In this document: one piece after another, positions 52,291 to 64,000 of the stretch
Layout of the letters: every line of letters begins with the position of its first letter
Numbering within the stretch: position 1 is the stretch's first letter
Source: Callorhinchus milii
Taxonomy: Eukaryota
Reading direction: 5' to 3'
Assembly (NCBI RefSeq): GCF_018977255.1
Contig: NW_024704742.1
Location: forward strand, 53,260,001-53,324,000
DNA length: 64,000 nt
Notes under the pieces: model-generated
Seen by the model: the letters and a program-made list of their open reading frames with translations, nothing else
The model's database searches: none
What the model was told of the DNA's origin: nothing
Position numbers and translations under genes: made by a program

Positions 52291-52679
52291 CCAACACCTA
52301 GCTCAGGTTTACTGAGGCCAGCTAGTTCTAATCAATAATTAGATTACCTGGACAAAAGTTTTACAGTACAAGGATTGTTCAGGAGGAAGGACTGCGGGTA
52401 GTGTTTATTAATCCTATCATTTGATGTCGTCATTTCATCCTCGGGCAATGTCTCAAAGTGCTTCACAGGATACACTGTAAAGTGCAGTGACTGTGTATAT
52501 TATTGGCAAAATCTTGCTGTTCCAAGTTATTTAATGCATACTTACTGTAGTTATTTCAATGTCATTTTCATTATGCATGTTGGTGTGGTGTTAGACTATC
52601 AAAAGAAAAATAAAACATTTCCACCAGAGTATGATTTCCATCTGATTGTATCACAATCTTGCACATGGCAGGGAGGGGA

Positions 52680-53080
52680 AACAACAATGACAACGACAAC
52701 AACTTGCACTTATATAGCGCCCTCCATGCAGGGTAGCATCTCAGAGCACTTAACAGTGGCAGAGCCTGACTCTGAGCCAGGGGGAGGTGGGGGTGGTGGG
52801 AGGTGGCCATAAGCACGGTCGAAATGGAAGGGTTTAAGGTGGGAATTCATAAAGGGGAGATGGGGACAAGGCAGAGGGATTAAGGGAGAGTGTTCCAGAC
52901 TTTTGGGGCATAGTGGCTGAAAGCACGACCTCTGATGGTGGAGCGGAGAGTGTGAAGGACAAGCAGGAGACTGGTGCCAGTTGAGCAGAGGCACCAGGTG
53001 GTGGATTGAGGAGGTCAGAGAGGTAAAGACGTGCCAGGGAATGAATGGATTTGAACACCAGTGTGAGGAGCTTGAAACCC
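52680..53080 (-). mobile_element. L2 LINE 3' fragment
   Basis: Reverse complement of the same L2 3' end; (CAA)n tail at left. Confidence 0.88.
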
Positions 53081-53580
53081 CAGTCTATTCTCCAGTTAAC
53101 TCTCTCATCTCAGTTTACTCTTCTGTTAACACTTTCATTACCATTCTATTGTCTCATTAACACTTTAATCCAGGTCATTCCTCCTGATAACTCTTTTCAC
53201 CACAACCCATCCTCCAGTTACCTCTTTCACCGCAGTCCACCCTCCCATTAATTCTTTCACATTATTCACATGTCAATTCAATAACAACTTTTAAGAGAGA
53301 AGTAGATAATTATTTGGGGAGGACAAGTTTGCAGGGCTATGGGGAGAGCGCGGGGGAGTGGGATTGAATTGGATAGCTCTTTTCAAAGAGCCAACGCAGA
53401 CACGATGGGCCAAATGGCCTCCTTCTGTGCTGTAAAATTCTATGATTCTATGATTAACTATTTCACCCCAGCCCATCCTCCTGTTAACTCTTTTATCACG
53501 AGCCCATTGTTCAATCAACTCTTACACTGCCCTGCCATTACAATTAATTCTTACACTGCCCTGCCATTACAAATAAAACA
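53080..53580. repeat. Degenerate ~29-30-bp minisatellite split by a CR1 insertion
   Basis: Unit approximately TTAACTCTTTCACCNCAGCCCATCCTCCTG on both sides of 53285-53456; the last two units share CTTACACTGCCCTGCCATTACAA exactly. Confidence 0.75.
53285..53456 (+). mobile_element. Young CR1 3' end
   Basis: ATGGGCCAAATGGCCTCCTTCTGTGCTG and (ATTCTATG)n tail. Confidence 0.88.
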
Positions 53581-54454
53581 CAAGCTCCACTTTCATTACT
53601 AAAAAACAAGGTGAATTCAAGGTGGGATAACTGTAGTCTCTTCTAAGGACCTTGCATGTTGAGGCCTAAAATTCCACTTAGTCTTAACCTGTAAGACTGT
53701 GGTGGCCAACCTGTGGCCCGCAGACTGGAAATGGACTGCGGAACTGTCAAGAAGCCCCCCTCCCACCCCCAACCAAACATTCGCATTAGTCTAGGTAAGT
53801 CCGCATTCGATTGGCAGTTTTTCTTCATTGAATATTATGGCATAAATCAAGAAATATTCAATCAAGAACGCTTATTTTGTTGGCCAACCATAAAGGTTGG
53901 CCTCCTTTGCTGTGAGACATCATTGTCCTCAAATTTAACGACAAGCAACGTTCTGGAAAATTCTTCAATTCACTCTCAATTTGGGAGTATGTTCTTTTTA
54001 ACAGCTGAAAATGCTCTTTCAAAGGTTAGACTGAACTGAAGGATTTTCCACAATTCTGTGCAATCTTATTTATTTTTTAATCAAAATGATCTCAAGGGTT
54101 AGAATTTTAGGTAATTGACCTCTTGGAGGCTGGACAGAGGTGAGACATGGAGGTTTTTAACTGCAGTGACTGCTTGTCCAGTCTTTAAGCTCAAACCCAC
54201 AGTAGGGCATTGGATGGAATTCGACCGCACCATTTAGAATGTTATTTCTAGGTAACTGATGCCAAAGTAACGTGAAACTCAATGCCGAGCTCATTCATTT
54301 CACTAACAGCCGGACGATTTCACTCACGCCAATTAGATATTCTGGCTACTCAGACTCAACAGACACACTTGCAGATGGATGTTAGCTGCTGCAGTTCAGA
54401 GTCCATGCAGCTATCAACTCCTGCTCCTTTGATGAATGAGTAAATGAGGCAAAT

Positions 54455-54692
54455 TTGAACATTTTTTTCACTCAGAGAGTTGCTGGGATGTGGATTTACC
54501 TGCCAAGTAAGGTGCTAGAGGCAGATTTCACTATAGGTTTCAAGAGGGAAGTAGATAGGTAAATGAAAGGTAGAGGCTTGCAGGAGTATGGGGTTAAGGT
54601 GGGGCAGTGGAATTGAATGAATACCTTGCTCTAAGAACCAGTGCAGCTTCAATGCACCTGATCACCACCTTCTGTGCCATAATTTTCATGAT
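54455..54692 (+). mobile_element. Diverged CR1 3' fragment
   Basis: TTTTTTCACTCAGAGAGTTG...CAAGAGGGAAGTAGATAGG...CCTTCTGTGCCATAA. Confidence 0.75.
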
Positions 54693-55004
54693 ACCACGAT
54701 TAGTTTTGTTATTTTGAAATACAGTATTTTTTGGATTCATGACTGCAGATCTGTATAAATAACTTACAGAGTGTTGCACCAACATGGAGGCTGGACTTGT
54801 TCTGACAAGTATTATGAGTTCATAATTGTTTTACAGTGACTTCCCTTATCCATTTAAAAGATGATTAGAAGTCACGAGCAAAGGTTTAAACTGAAATTTA
54901 ACCAATTGATTTTTATTAGCTGCACTTTTTTTAGTATGGAATGTCAGTGAGGAATATACCTGACACTGGGGGCAAGGACTCTTTGCACTCAGCTTCCGTT
55001 AACC

Positions 55005-55430
55005 CTGCAAATCAGAGCCCTAACATTAGGATGATCCCAGCTGGAGAAGCAGCGGGAAAACTTGCCAGGCAATGTCCTCAATGGCAAGTAATGGGGTTTT
55101 CCATTGGGACGTCCTCCTGACGTGAAAGGCGCTTTATAAATGGAATCTTGTTGTGTTGTTGTTGTTGTTTTAGCTGGTTAGACACTAGCAGTACCCCAAC
55201 ACAAACACTGGGATCCCGAAACCTTGGCTCTTGCCAACCTGTGCCTAATACTGTCTGGAATTAGGATGCATCCCTCCAGAGAGAGAGTGCGCATTCCATT
55301 CCAACAAATATCTATGAAGTTTCCGTGTCTAGGTGGGCTGCATGGAACTCTCAGTTTGGTTTGGATACTCTTAAGCGTGGTGATGGATTTCCACATGTGT
55401 CAAACAACCAGTCGAACCCCCCCAAAAAAA
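55005..55430 (+). mobile_element. Family C copy interrupted by an L2-type tail (~55106-55170)
   Basis: CAGTTTGGTTTGGATACTCTTAAGCGTGGTGATGG...AAAAAAA. Confidence 0.8.
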
Positions 55431-55582
55431 TATTATATACAGTAAATGTTGATCTAGATTAGTGAACTGTTTACTAATGTGGTATGGGATCATAATGGTT
55501 CAATTGAAGCCAACTGTAGCAGTGCCCCCCAACTGGACAGACTCAAAATCAAACCAAAGATTATTAGGGTGCTCATGCATGA

Positions 55583-55930
55583 TTATAATAGTAAGCCTTG
55601 CACTTGATTATGTGCTTTCAAGTACGTCTCAAAGTGCATCACAGATATTTTTGTGAACTGTAGTGACTGTATTTGTAGGCAAATGCAGCAGTCAATTTGC
55701 ACACAGCAATGTCCCTCAAATAGCCATGAAGTGATTTTATCTGGTGGATTGTTGGCCAGGACATGGGAAGAAACTACCTTATTTTATCGAATAGAGCCAC
55801 CTGAACATACAGACAAAAATGGGATCTCAGCTTAATGTCTCATCCGAAAGGGAGCACCCGCAACAAAATAACTCCCACCCCTCCACCCACCCAACACTTC
55901 AGTGGAGTGTCAGCATAGAATAATTACCTC
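55583..55930 (-). mobile_element. Older Deu SINE
   Basis: Tail, core, TTGTTGGCCAGGACA, TCTCATCCGAAAG, GGAGTGTCAGC. Confidence 0.75.
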
Positions 55931-56478
55931 AAAGTCCCAACCTACAATAATCCTTACATTTAATATAGCTCCTCAACTATCAGGAGCATGTCTCAAACTA
56001 CTTTGCAGGATACTGTGGAGTGATTTTTAATGGCTCCCAATGCATCAGCTATTTTTTTGAAATGTTAGTTTCAGGTGTTGAGTGTCAACCTGTCTCAGTT
56101 GGTAGCACTCTCATGTATGAGTCAGGAGAGTGTCAGTTCAAGCCCCACTTTGAACTGACATGTTGCGTTTCTAGTAATTTTCACATGTTTCAGTTTATAT
56201 TTCACATAAAGACAGCTTGTCATGAAAACAAATGAGAATTCTGCAGGTAAGCGAAATGTACCAAATCAAAATACTTTCATGGAGTCATTTCTGTGGAAAA
56301 ATAAATATAATCCCTGCAATAGGCATACGTGCAGATGGTCAGGGTTCTGATACATGATCCCTTCATTTCACTATTCTGTAGTTTTAACACACTGCAACAC
56401 AATCCACAATACAGTACACTAAAAATCTGAGCGGCAATTTGCAGTAGTTATAGTGAAAGTGCTCAGAAACAAAGTTTA

Positions 56479-56851
56479 AAGTCCTGCAGCATATTGATTA
56501 GAGCATTTGTCTCGCAAGCGAGAAGATCCAGGTTTGAGTCCCGGACAGGGCGATATCTTAGTCAAGTTTCCTCTGTTTCTTCCTTACACCTCTGTTTAGC
56601 TAGCAGCAAATAGGAACCAGGTTGTTATTCGATTGGCAGATTGCTTTTTTGTGGATAATAATCTCTTAAAAAAATAATAATTTGGTCACTTAAACTACGA
56701 CTGTCTGTAGAAAACTGCTGTGCGCAATTGGCTGCTGCATTGTACCCACAAAATCTACAGTCAATTCACTTTACAGTATATTCTGTGAAGTTCTTTGACA
56801 TATCTCGAAGATATTATAAAGCGCTATATCAAATGCATGTATTATTATTAT
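56479..56851 (+). mobile_element. Family A SINE, long form, diverged
   Basis: Degenerate tRNA head, internal segment, core and (ATT)n tail. Confidence 0.85.
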
Positions 56852-57079
56852 GAAGAAAGAAATAATAATTTGAGTCCAAAATCAAGTCAAGATAATGAAA
56901 ATGGTATTCTGTTTACACTTTATATGATATTCATCAATTTCTATAACACTTTCAAACTCAGCACCATATTCATTGGTTCGTAAATCATTTCTAACGTTTT
57001 GTAATGCCTTGGCAGTAAGACAAAACAATAAATAAATCATCAAATTGCACTCAAACCTGATCTTTAGCTTCCACCTGAC

Positions 57080-57245
57080 ATGTAGACAGGACCTTGGTTT
57101 AAGATCTCATTTGAGGGATGGCACTTCTGACTATGCAAAGCTTCCTCAGCATTGGAGTGTCAGCCTAGACTATGAGCTCAAACGTCTGATGTGGAACTTG
57201 AAACCATAATACATTAATACAGAGGTGAGAGTGCTATGACCTGAA
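57080..57245 (-). mobile_element. Older Deu SINE, 5' part
   Basis: GGAGTGTCAGCCTAGACTATGAGCTCAA...CAGAGGTGAGAGTGCTA. Confidence 0.7.
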
Positions 57246-58042
57246 CTGTTCTTATGGCTATCTTATAACTAGGTCCCCTAATCTATATCTTACAATTATA
57301 TCCCCTCATCTCTAATTATTCTCATCAATATCCTCTGCACACCTCTAAGGCCTTAACTTCTTTCTTGAAGAGAGGTGCCCAAAATTGGATATAATATTCC
57401 AATTACTTGAATACCTAACCAATGATTTGTACAAACTGAGCATTATTCCTTTACTTTTGTATTCTATGTATTAAACCCACCATATTTGTAGGCCGATATT
57501 GACGCCCATTTATCTACACCATAATAATGGGATACTGGGTGGATCATCAGTGGCTGGTATCTCTTAATGTTGTAAAATGGATGGTCCTAGACAAGATGAA
57601 ATTATTTAATGGAGCGCTCAGGATAACCCAATCTCTTCACACTATTGGCAGTCTAGAGGTTAATAGATAAAAGGGGTCACATGACCAGATATTTCCAGCC
57701 ATCAAACATGGAAACAATCATGCAACAACAATAGAATTGCTGTCCAAGTATAATACACACATTTTCCTTCCTTACAAAGAAAGCCTAAATATAAATATTC
57801 TTCTCTTTTCCTGCTCAGCATCCTGTCCTCCTAGGGATAGGAGTCAACTTTGTATTGTGATAACAGCAAACACTTGAGCTGCAGTGTAGAATAAATTAAT
57901 TGCATATATTTTGGGCTATTTTTCTTGCCTCCACTGAGTGAAAATGTGCATATAATGACCTCCAAGCCCCTTTTTTGTTCACCTGCCATACATCTCCAGA
58001 TCATAGTCCAGGTTCATGCTTCAGTGCTATACTGTGGGGAGT

Positions 58043-58389
58043 AATAATAATCCCTGCATTTGATATAGAGCATGATCACGTCTTTAAAATGTCTCAAAGC
58101 GCTTCACAGGATACACTGTAAAGTGAGTGACGATATTTTGTGGGAGAAATGCACCAGCCAATTGTGCACGGCTGTGTCCCACAACTGCTGTGGATTGAGT
58201 GACAAAATTATTATCCCCAGAAAAGCGATCTGCCAATCGACAAACAACCAGTTTTCTACTTACCTAATTACTGCTAGGTAAACAGGCGTGTGTAAGGATA
58301 CTTACTTAAAGTTTAGCTCTGCCCAGGAATCGAACCCAGGTCTTCTCACTTGCGAGGCAAGTGCTCTATCCTCTAAGCTACAGGACTCC
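58043..58389 (-). mobile_element. Family A SINE, long form
   Basis: Reverse-complement copy ending CAGGACTCC at 58381-58389. Confidence 0.88.
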
Positions 58390-58554
58390 ACAATGCTGTA
58401 TCATTGTACTATTGTATTATTGAAGGTACCGTCCTTCAGATGAAAGGTTAAACTGGTGCCTGTCTGCCTATTCTTCATTGGGCATTAAAGAGCCCATAAC
58501 ACTATTTGAAAAGCCAAGGGAATTTCTCCCAGTATCCTGGCCCACAATCCTCTA

Positions 58555-58810
58555 GATAACAACAACAACAAAATTATATTTGTAAAGTGCCTTTCACTTC
58601 GGGAGGACGTCAGAAGGTGCTGGACAAACAGAGTTATGGACCCAAACTGGGGGTTTGGGAAGATGGAGGGCGGGGTGGGGAGGGAAAGCAGGGAGATTGA
58701 AAGCACAGTTGAAGAGGAGGATCTTGAGATGGGGCTTGAATGTGGCAAGGGAGGGGACGAGGTGGAGGGACTGTGGGATGGAGTTCCAGAGGGTGGGGGC
58801 AGAGTGGCAG
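58555..58810 (-). mobile_element. L2 LINE 3' fragment
   Basis: Minus-strand translation SAPTLWNSIPQSLHLVPSLATFKPHLKILLF; (CAA)n tail. Confidence 0.85.
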
Positions 58811-59679
58811 ATAAATTGATTGTTCACTTCACGGCGGACAGGTAACCTTCCTGTGCGCAAAATCTATACAGTATATCAATCAAGAGTAAATACCATGAAG
58901 CGCTTTGAGACGTCCACTTGAAAGGACTACGTCAAATTAAAAAATTATTGTACTGGAATATTGATGCTAATGTATTTATTTTTACTAATTATGAAGTGGC
59001 ATCATTTGATTACCTGCCAATTTGGATGATCCATGATGGGCACATTCCAAACGTTGTGTGCTGAAGGCTTGAAAAGTGAAATATGAAGCTTGAACATTTC
59101 TGGGTATCACTTTATCGTGGAATCTATGAATTTAACACCAGTCAATCTGCAATGCCACAGTGAAGGGAAGGCATTGACAGTCATTTTTATTATGGATTGA
59201 TTTTTATTTGGGAGTTTAATGTTCCATTGGAACATAATAGTTTCTCAAGTTACTTGATACTAAATAAGCTGTTGCAATATGAATGTGATTTTTTCCCCAT
59301 CATTTTGCTGACATTAAAATACAATTGAGTCTGGATTGATTAGAAACAAATGAATGTAAGGGCCAGTGTATTCCATAAGCAGGCCTCAAAGGAAAATCTT
59401 TTAAAAGTATAATTCTACATTAATCTATCTCTCGAAATCTTTTGATTGAATTCTTTGTCAAATAACTATCTAGTTCAGAACCAAGATCTTGGTGAGTCAG
59501 CATGACAAACATGGATTTTTTTGCTAGAATCGTGATTTACGAACTGAAATGCTTCATTGTCATGCTATTGCTTTCATGAGCAGCACTTTTTCAACTTCCC
59601 ATTCTGCCTAACTGATGATTACAAGTAAACTACTGGAGTGACCTGAACTCTTAGCACACGTGAAGACAGTTATCTCTGA

Positions 59680-59960
59680 AGGCTCAGTGGGTACCACCCA
59701 GTGTAGAATAGAGCTGTCAAGTTAGGTCCCTTGTCTGTACTCAGTTCAGATGCTGGTGGTTCAGTGCTACAGTTGATAGTTAGATTATGTGCTTGCTCCT
59801 GGTGCTTATCCAGTGACATAATGCCTGTGATTGGCAGGTGAAGACAGGATGAGACTTGGCTGTGAGCCCTCCCACATAAAGTAACATCAATGCTCAGTGT
59901 CACAGCTGGTAATTGAAGAACGACCACTTTGTTGAGGTATCGGGGGCACTGGTGTCAGTA
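59680..59960 (+). mobile_element. Old SINE-like family B copy
   Basis: GGCTCAGTGGGTA head, GCTCCTGGTGCTTATCCAGTGAC, AGGTGAAGACAGGAT, GAAGAACGACCACTT..GAGGTA shared with loci at 4280, 7290 and 11090. Confidence 0.65.
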
Positions 59961-61823
59961 GGAAGCACAAACAGTCAAAGACATAAAACATATCTAACAA
60001 ACTGGAACAGACAGCTCAGTGTTATATATTCAAGCACTGTCGCCCCAATAAGTGTAGAGATACTTTTTAGCTCTTTGCAGAGGACAGTATACAATTCAAT
60101 ATTCCTGGCTCACATGACCAATGGGCAAGTCACACATACAGACAAACGTGGCTGCATTGCTTTCTCTTCAAATACTCCTTTGTAAACTAACAAATTATTC
60201 CTCCCTACGTTTTTTGGGATTAGTTGCCCCCCCCATTTTTTCACACTCATCTTTCTTGATATTGCTGGAGGCTGACTTACTACTTTCCATTAAAGAGGTT
60301 TTTCCACTCAATGTTAAGATTCTACATACGTGTCAATTGTTATCATTCCTGGAATTTTTTTTCTGGACTAAAGATCCTTTCTTAATGTTTTATCATCTTC
60401 CTGTTCAGTTTAAAGTGAAAGATCTAATAATACTATTCAAAAAGAGAAAGAAGTTTGTTCCAGCGTCCTGGTCAACAATCCACTAGATAAATTAATCATG
60501 ATTGTTTGTGGGACTTTGCTTTGCTAAAATTCATTGATGCATTTGCTTATAAAATAGACGGTCACAACATTTAATAGCAATTACATGTGAAGCACCTAGA
60601 GATCTTTCAACATTATAAGCAAGTATAATTATTATGTATTTTATACCTGTAAACTATATCAAAATATACCAGTTGTTCAGACTATCATGAACATTTTCAA
60701 AAGATGTGTATTTTCTGGAGAACAAGCTTCAGTTACTATTGCCAATTGTACTGCAATAAATGAGGTGCTGCCTTTGGAAAGAGTCATTGTCAAATCTACT
60801 TGAAGAACCAGATGATTCAACTTCACCTATTGATCTGTAACTCCTTGTCCGTCAATCAAGACGAGCACATCCATTTTAGCATTGACCTCAATGGAATGTC
60901 AGCTATTTTCTGAACTGATTGAATGGATGGTTAAAAATGAAGATGTTTGAAGGGCTGATGTTCAACAATAAATATCAAACTGGCTGCAACAGCATCCATT
61001 TCCATTTACAAAACGTTTGCTGAAAACATCTGCCACCTCACATTTAGAATCCAAAGCGAAACCAGAGTTTAATATAATGCCAAACTCATAAACTCTTTGA
61101 GAGCTTTTCCCATAGAGAATTCAGGCTATTTGGAAACCGTGACATTACTAATCATTTCTGACTTGATCCCAAGGTCAGTTTAAACCTCAAAGGTTCATCC
61201 AACTTTTTTTTTGCAGGAACCAGCTTTCAATTGTTTAATTTTATATTTCCATTCCAACCTTTTGACTATTATCTTTTGTGATTTGTGTGTAGTTGCATCA
61301 CCACAACCACTGAAAGGGTAAGATTAGCACAATCTCATCTCAGGGAAAGCAAAAGCATTTAGCAAGTAATTACATTTTAATCCAGGAAGCCCAGGTAATG
61401 GCTCTCCTTTCTCAATCGTACCTACTGACTCAGAGAGAACAAGTGTGTCTTTGAAAGACCTGAACAATTCCAAATTTAGTGTGGAGACAAACATAATGCA
61501 AGTTAACACATCAACAGGAAGTCAGGCCAGTACAACAAATAGAACAAAAGATTTCCGCCAACATTTTACTCCCTTCATGGCCAAACCCAGCTGAGCGGAG
61601 GCAGACGATGGTGGAGTGGGGGGGTAAGCAAATCGGATAGGTTAGGAAGTGTGAGGGCATGAAGAGGTTTGAAAACTTTTTCCACAAAAGATGAAGGGAT
61701 TTGAAATCAAGTGAGAGGATCTTGAAATCAATTTGTTTGGTAATTGGGATGCAGTGGAGCCTGTCAAGGACTGGTGTGATGGGGGTGGAGCTTTGTGAGG
61801 GTGAGGAGGTGCAAAAAAGCAGT

Positions 61824-62165
61824 CCTGCTGAGACAAGAAAATATATCAGAGAGCAATTATAGTTAAAAAAATAAAAATGTTAAAAATGGTACAAAGTATG
61901 TATACATTTTTTATGAAAGAAAACAATGTCAGAAATGAAGATATCCAGTCACAGATTTTCAATAGTTCTTAGTCATTTCTTATGTTAATTAACAAAGGAA
62001 TGAGTGAAGAAAGTACCACAAATGTCACCCCTAGATCGAAAAGGACATAAATTAGCAGTGCAACAGACATCCACGTCAACGTTTCACTTTCTCTAAACAT
62101 GCCTGCTGAGACTAGAAAATATATCAGAGAGCAATTATAGTTCCCAAAAAATTTTTAAAAATGGT
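61824..62165 (+). repeat. Local direct repeat (~65 bp, 278 bp apart)
   Basis: CCTGCTGAGAC(A/T)AGAAAATATATCAGAGAGCAATTATAGTT at 61824 and 62102. Confidence 0.9.
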
Positions 62166-62829
62166 GTAAACCTCTAACTACAGTGCAGCAGGACTAATAG
62201 CAATGAATTGCAGACAGAAGCTTCTAGTCAGAACACAATTACAACCATCAATCTGGATTCTGAGTGAATGACGATACAATGGATAATCGAGTGCTGGTCC
62301 TAGCTCTTCAATGAGCTTTAGTGAATGTTGACTTTGCAAATGTTACCCTTCAACACTGTCACATAAAAGACTCACATCTAATACCATCATGGTACCCATC
62401 TAAATCTCAGCCCACACACTCAATGTTTGCATTTCAATCACATCAGTCCACATGTTAGCAGATTTCAGGCTCCTTTAATGTAGGCCATTTTTTGATAAAC
62501 CTGATGCAAGGATAATCCTTGCATTTGTTATAGTGCCTTACACATTGGGAGAACATTTCAAAGCGCTTCACAGGAGTTACTCTAAAGTGTAGTGACTGTG
62601 TATTTTGTTGGCAAACGTATCCGTGAAAATGAGTCTGCTTACACAAAATGGGAAATCGGAAAAATAAATCAGCAACTCCAGATTCTAATACTCACTGCTT
62701 TGTTTTTAAACAGCCCAATAGAAATATGGCTTCCAATGATCTAACCCTCCTGAAGGTGGTGACTTTTGTTTGTTTGTTTCTAAGCACATTTTGGGATGTG
62801 TGCCACTGAGATCCCTGGTTGGCCTGACT

Positions 62830-63060
62830 GAGGACAAGAGGAATCATCTATGCTCTGCGGGACTTGAATCATGTGTATGTCAGACCCGGTAAGTTTGGCA
62901 GCTTTTTTTTCCTGAAGTAAATCAGTGAAACAATTGATTTTTTACAACAATTCAACATTTTCCTGGTGCTGGCTCAAGTGACCACATTTTTGAAATTCAA
63001 ATTACGCAAATACTGCAGAGAGATACAACTCCAATAGTTTCACCACTTCGCTATCATCTC
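62830..63060 (-). mobile_element. Diverged SINE-like repeat (family D)
   Basis: CAGACCCGGTAAG...CAGTGAAAC...TTTTACAACAAT...GAAATTCAAAT...CACCACTTCGCTA resembles a common shark tRNA-headed SINE in reverse; single copy here. Confidence 0.45.
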
Positions 63061-63764
63061 CCAAATGCAAACCCCTGATTCAGTACAACAATTTGCGTTT
63101 CCAACAACAACTTGCATTTAAATAGCACCCTTCACACAGGGTCGTGTCTCAGGTCACTTGACAGTGGTGGAGCTTGATGTTGAGCTTGGGAGTGTTTAAA
63201 AGGGAAACAGGTAGATTATTCATGAAGCAAGTAAGGTTATTCAGAGACGTGACAATTAAACATGTGTCCTGTCCTCTATTTCAAACAAAAATAATGCTCA
63301 AGGGGGAATACCAACTGGCCTAGTTTGTCCTCTAAGTAGATCGATTTCAGGTCCTCATCTTCACCCATAAATCACTTCACGCCCACAAAATGAATGTAGT
63401 CTCAATGTATAAAAAAAGCCACCCATCAAACATTGAAAAAAATCAGGCTTTCTTCAACAAAGACTTTATTTTAATGAAGAACATTTCAAAGCACTTCACA
63501 AGATTTACTGTAAAGTGTACTGACTGTGTAGTTTGTAGGTGAATGCAACTTGCACACAACAATGTCCCACAAATAGCCGTGAAGTGAATGATTGACATCA
63601 ACTGTCATTGTGACCTCTCTAGATTGAGACTAAATCTCCGATTGGAGCAGATGACACAAGTTGAAAATCCCCAACAAAGACAATTTTTAAAGCAGAATTC
63701 GAACCACTGAAATGTATCATTCATGAAGCAATGAAGCTTAAATACAACAGATAGAACATAAACT

Positions 63765-63880
63765 GGAATTTCCAAGTGTACGTGGGATGGAGGGAATTCT
63801 CAGTTTGGTTTGGATACTCTTAAGCATGGGGATAAGTCATGGTTTCTGCATGTGTCAGACACCCGGCTGACCAAAAAAAA
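63765..63880 (+). mobile_element. Family C copy (3' end)
   Basis: GGATACTCTTAAGCATGG...GTGTCAGACACCCGGCTGACC-A8. Confidence 0.8.
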
Positions 63881-64000
63881 TTTTCAAGAAGGTTAGGGCA
63901 TAGATTGAAATTATTTTATCCAGTACCATAATTCGGTCCTTCAGTGAAGTATGAGCTTATTGCTAGTAGGTGCCATGTGCCTGGAACTGCTTGCATTGTT

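Overview
Eukaryotic, AT-rich, CpG-poor, repeat-dense DNA that reads as a large intron or intergenic region of a vertebrate. It is most likely a cartilaginous fish (possibly a chimaera); this is inferred from Deu-domain tRNA-SINEs, L2/CR1 fragments and a shark-type Penelope-like end. No intact protein-coding gene is evident, and the recognisable ORFs are LINE ORF2 remnants or chance frames through repeats. The window contains: (A) 10 copies of a tRNA-Ala-headed Deu-domain SINE in a short, near-identical form and a longer, more diverged form; an older SacSINE1-like Deu SINE; many L2 and CR1 3' fragments; a Penelope-like end with a broken minimal hammerhead; three MITEs; two dispersed families I cannot name (B and C); two minisatellites; and one strong 34-nt minus-strand candidate exon. 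I see no demonstrable new biological system. The best leads are a hAT MITE carrying convergent CTCF-like motifs, the unclassified A-tailed family C with a terminal hairpin, and the candidate micro-exon. Repeat boundaries were read by eye and are approximate unless TSD or splice coordinates are given.
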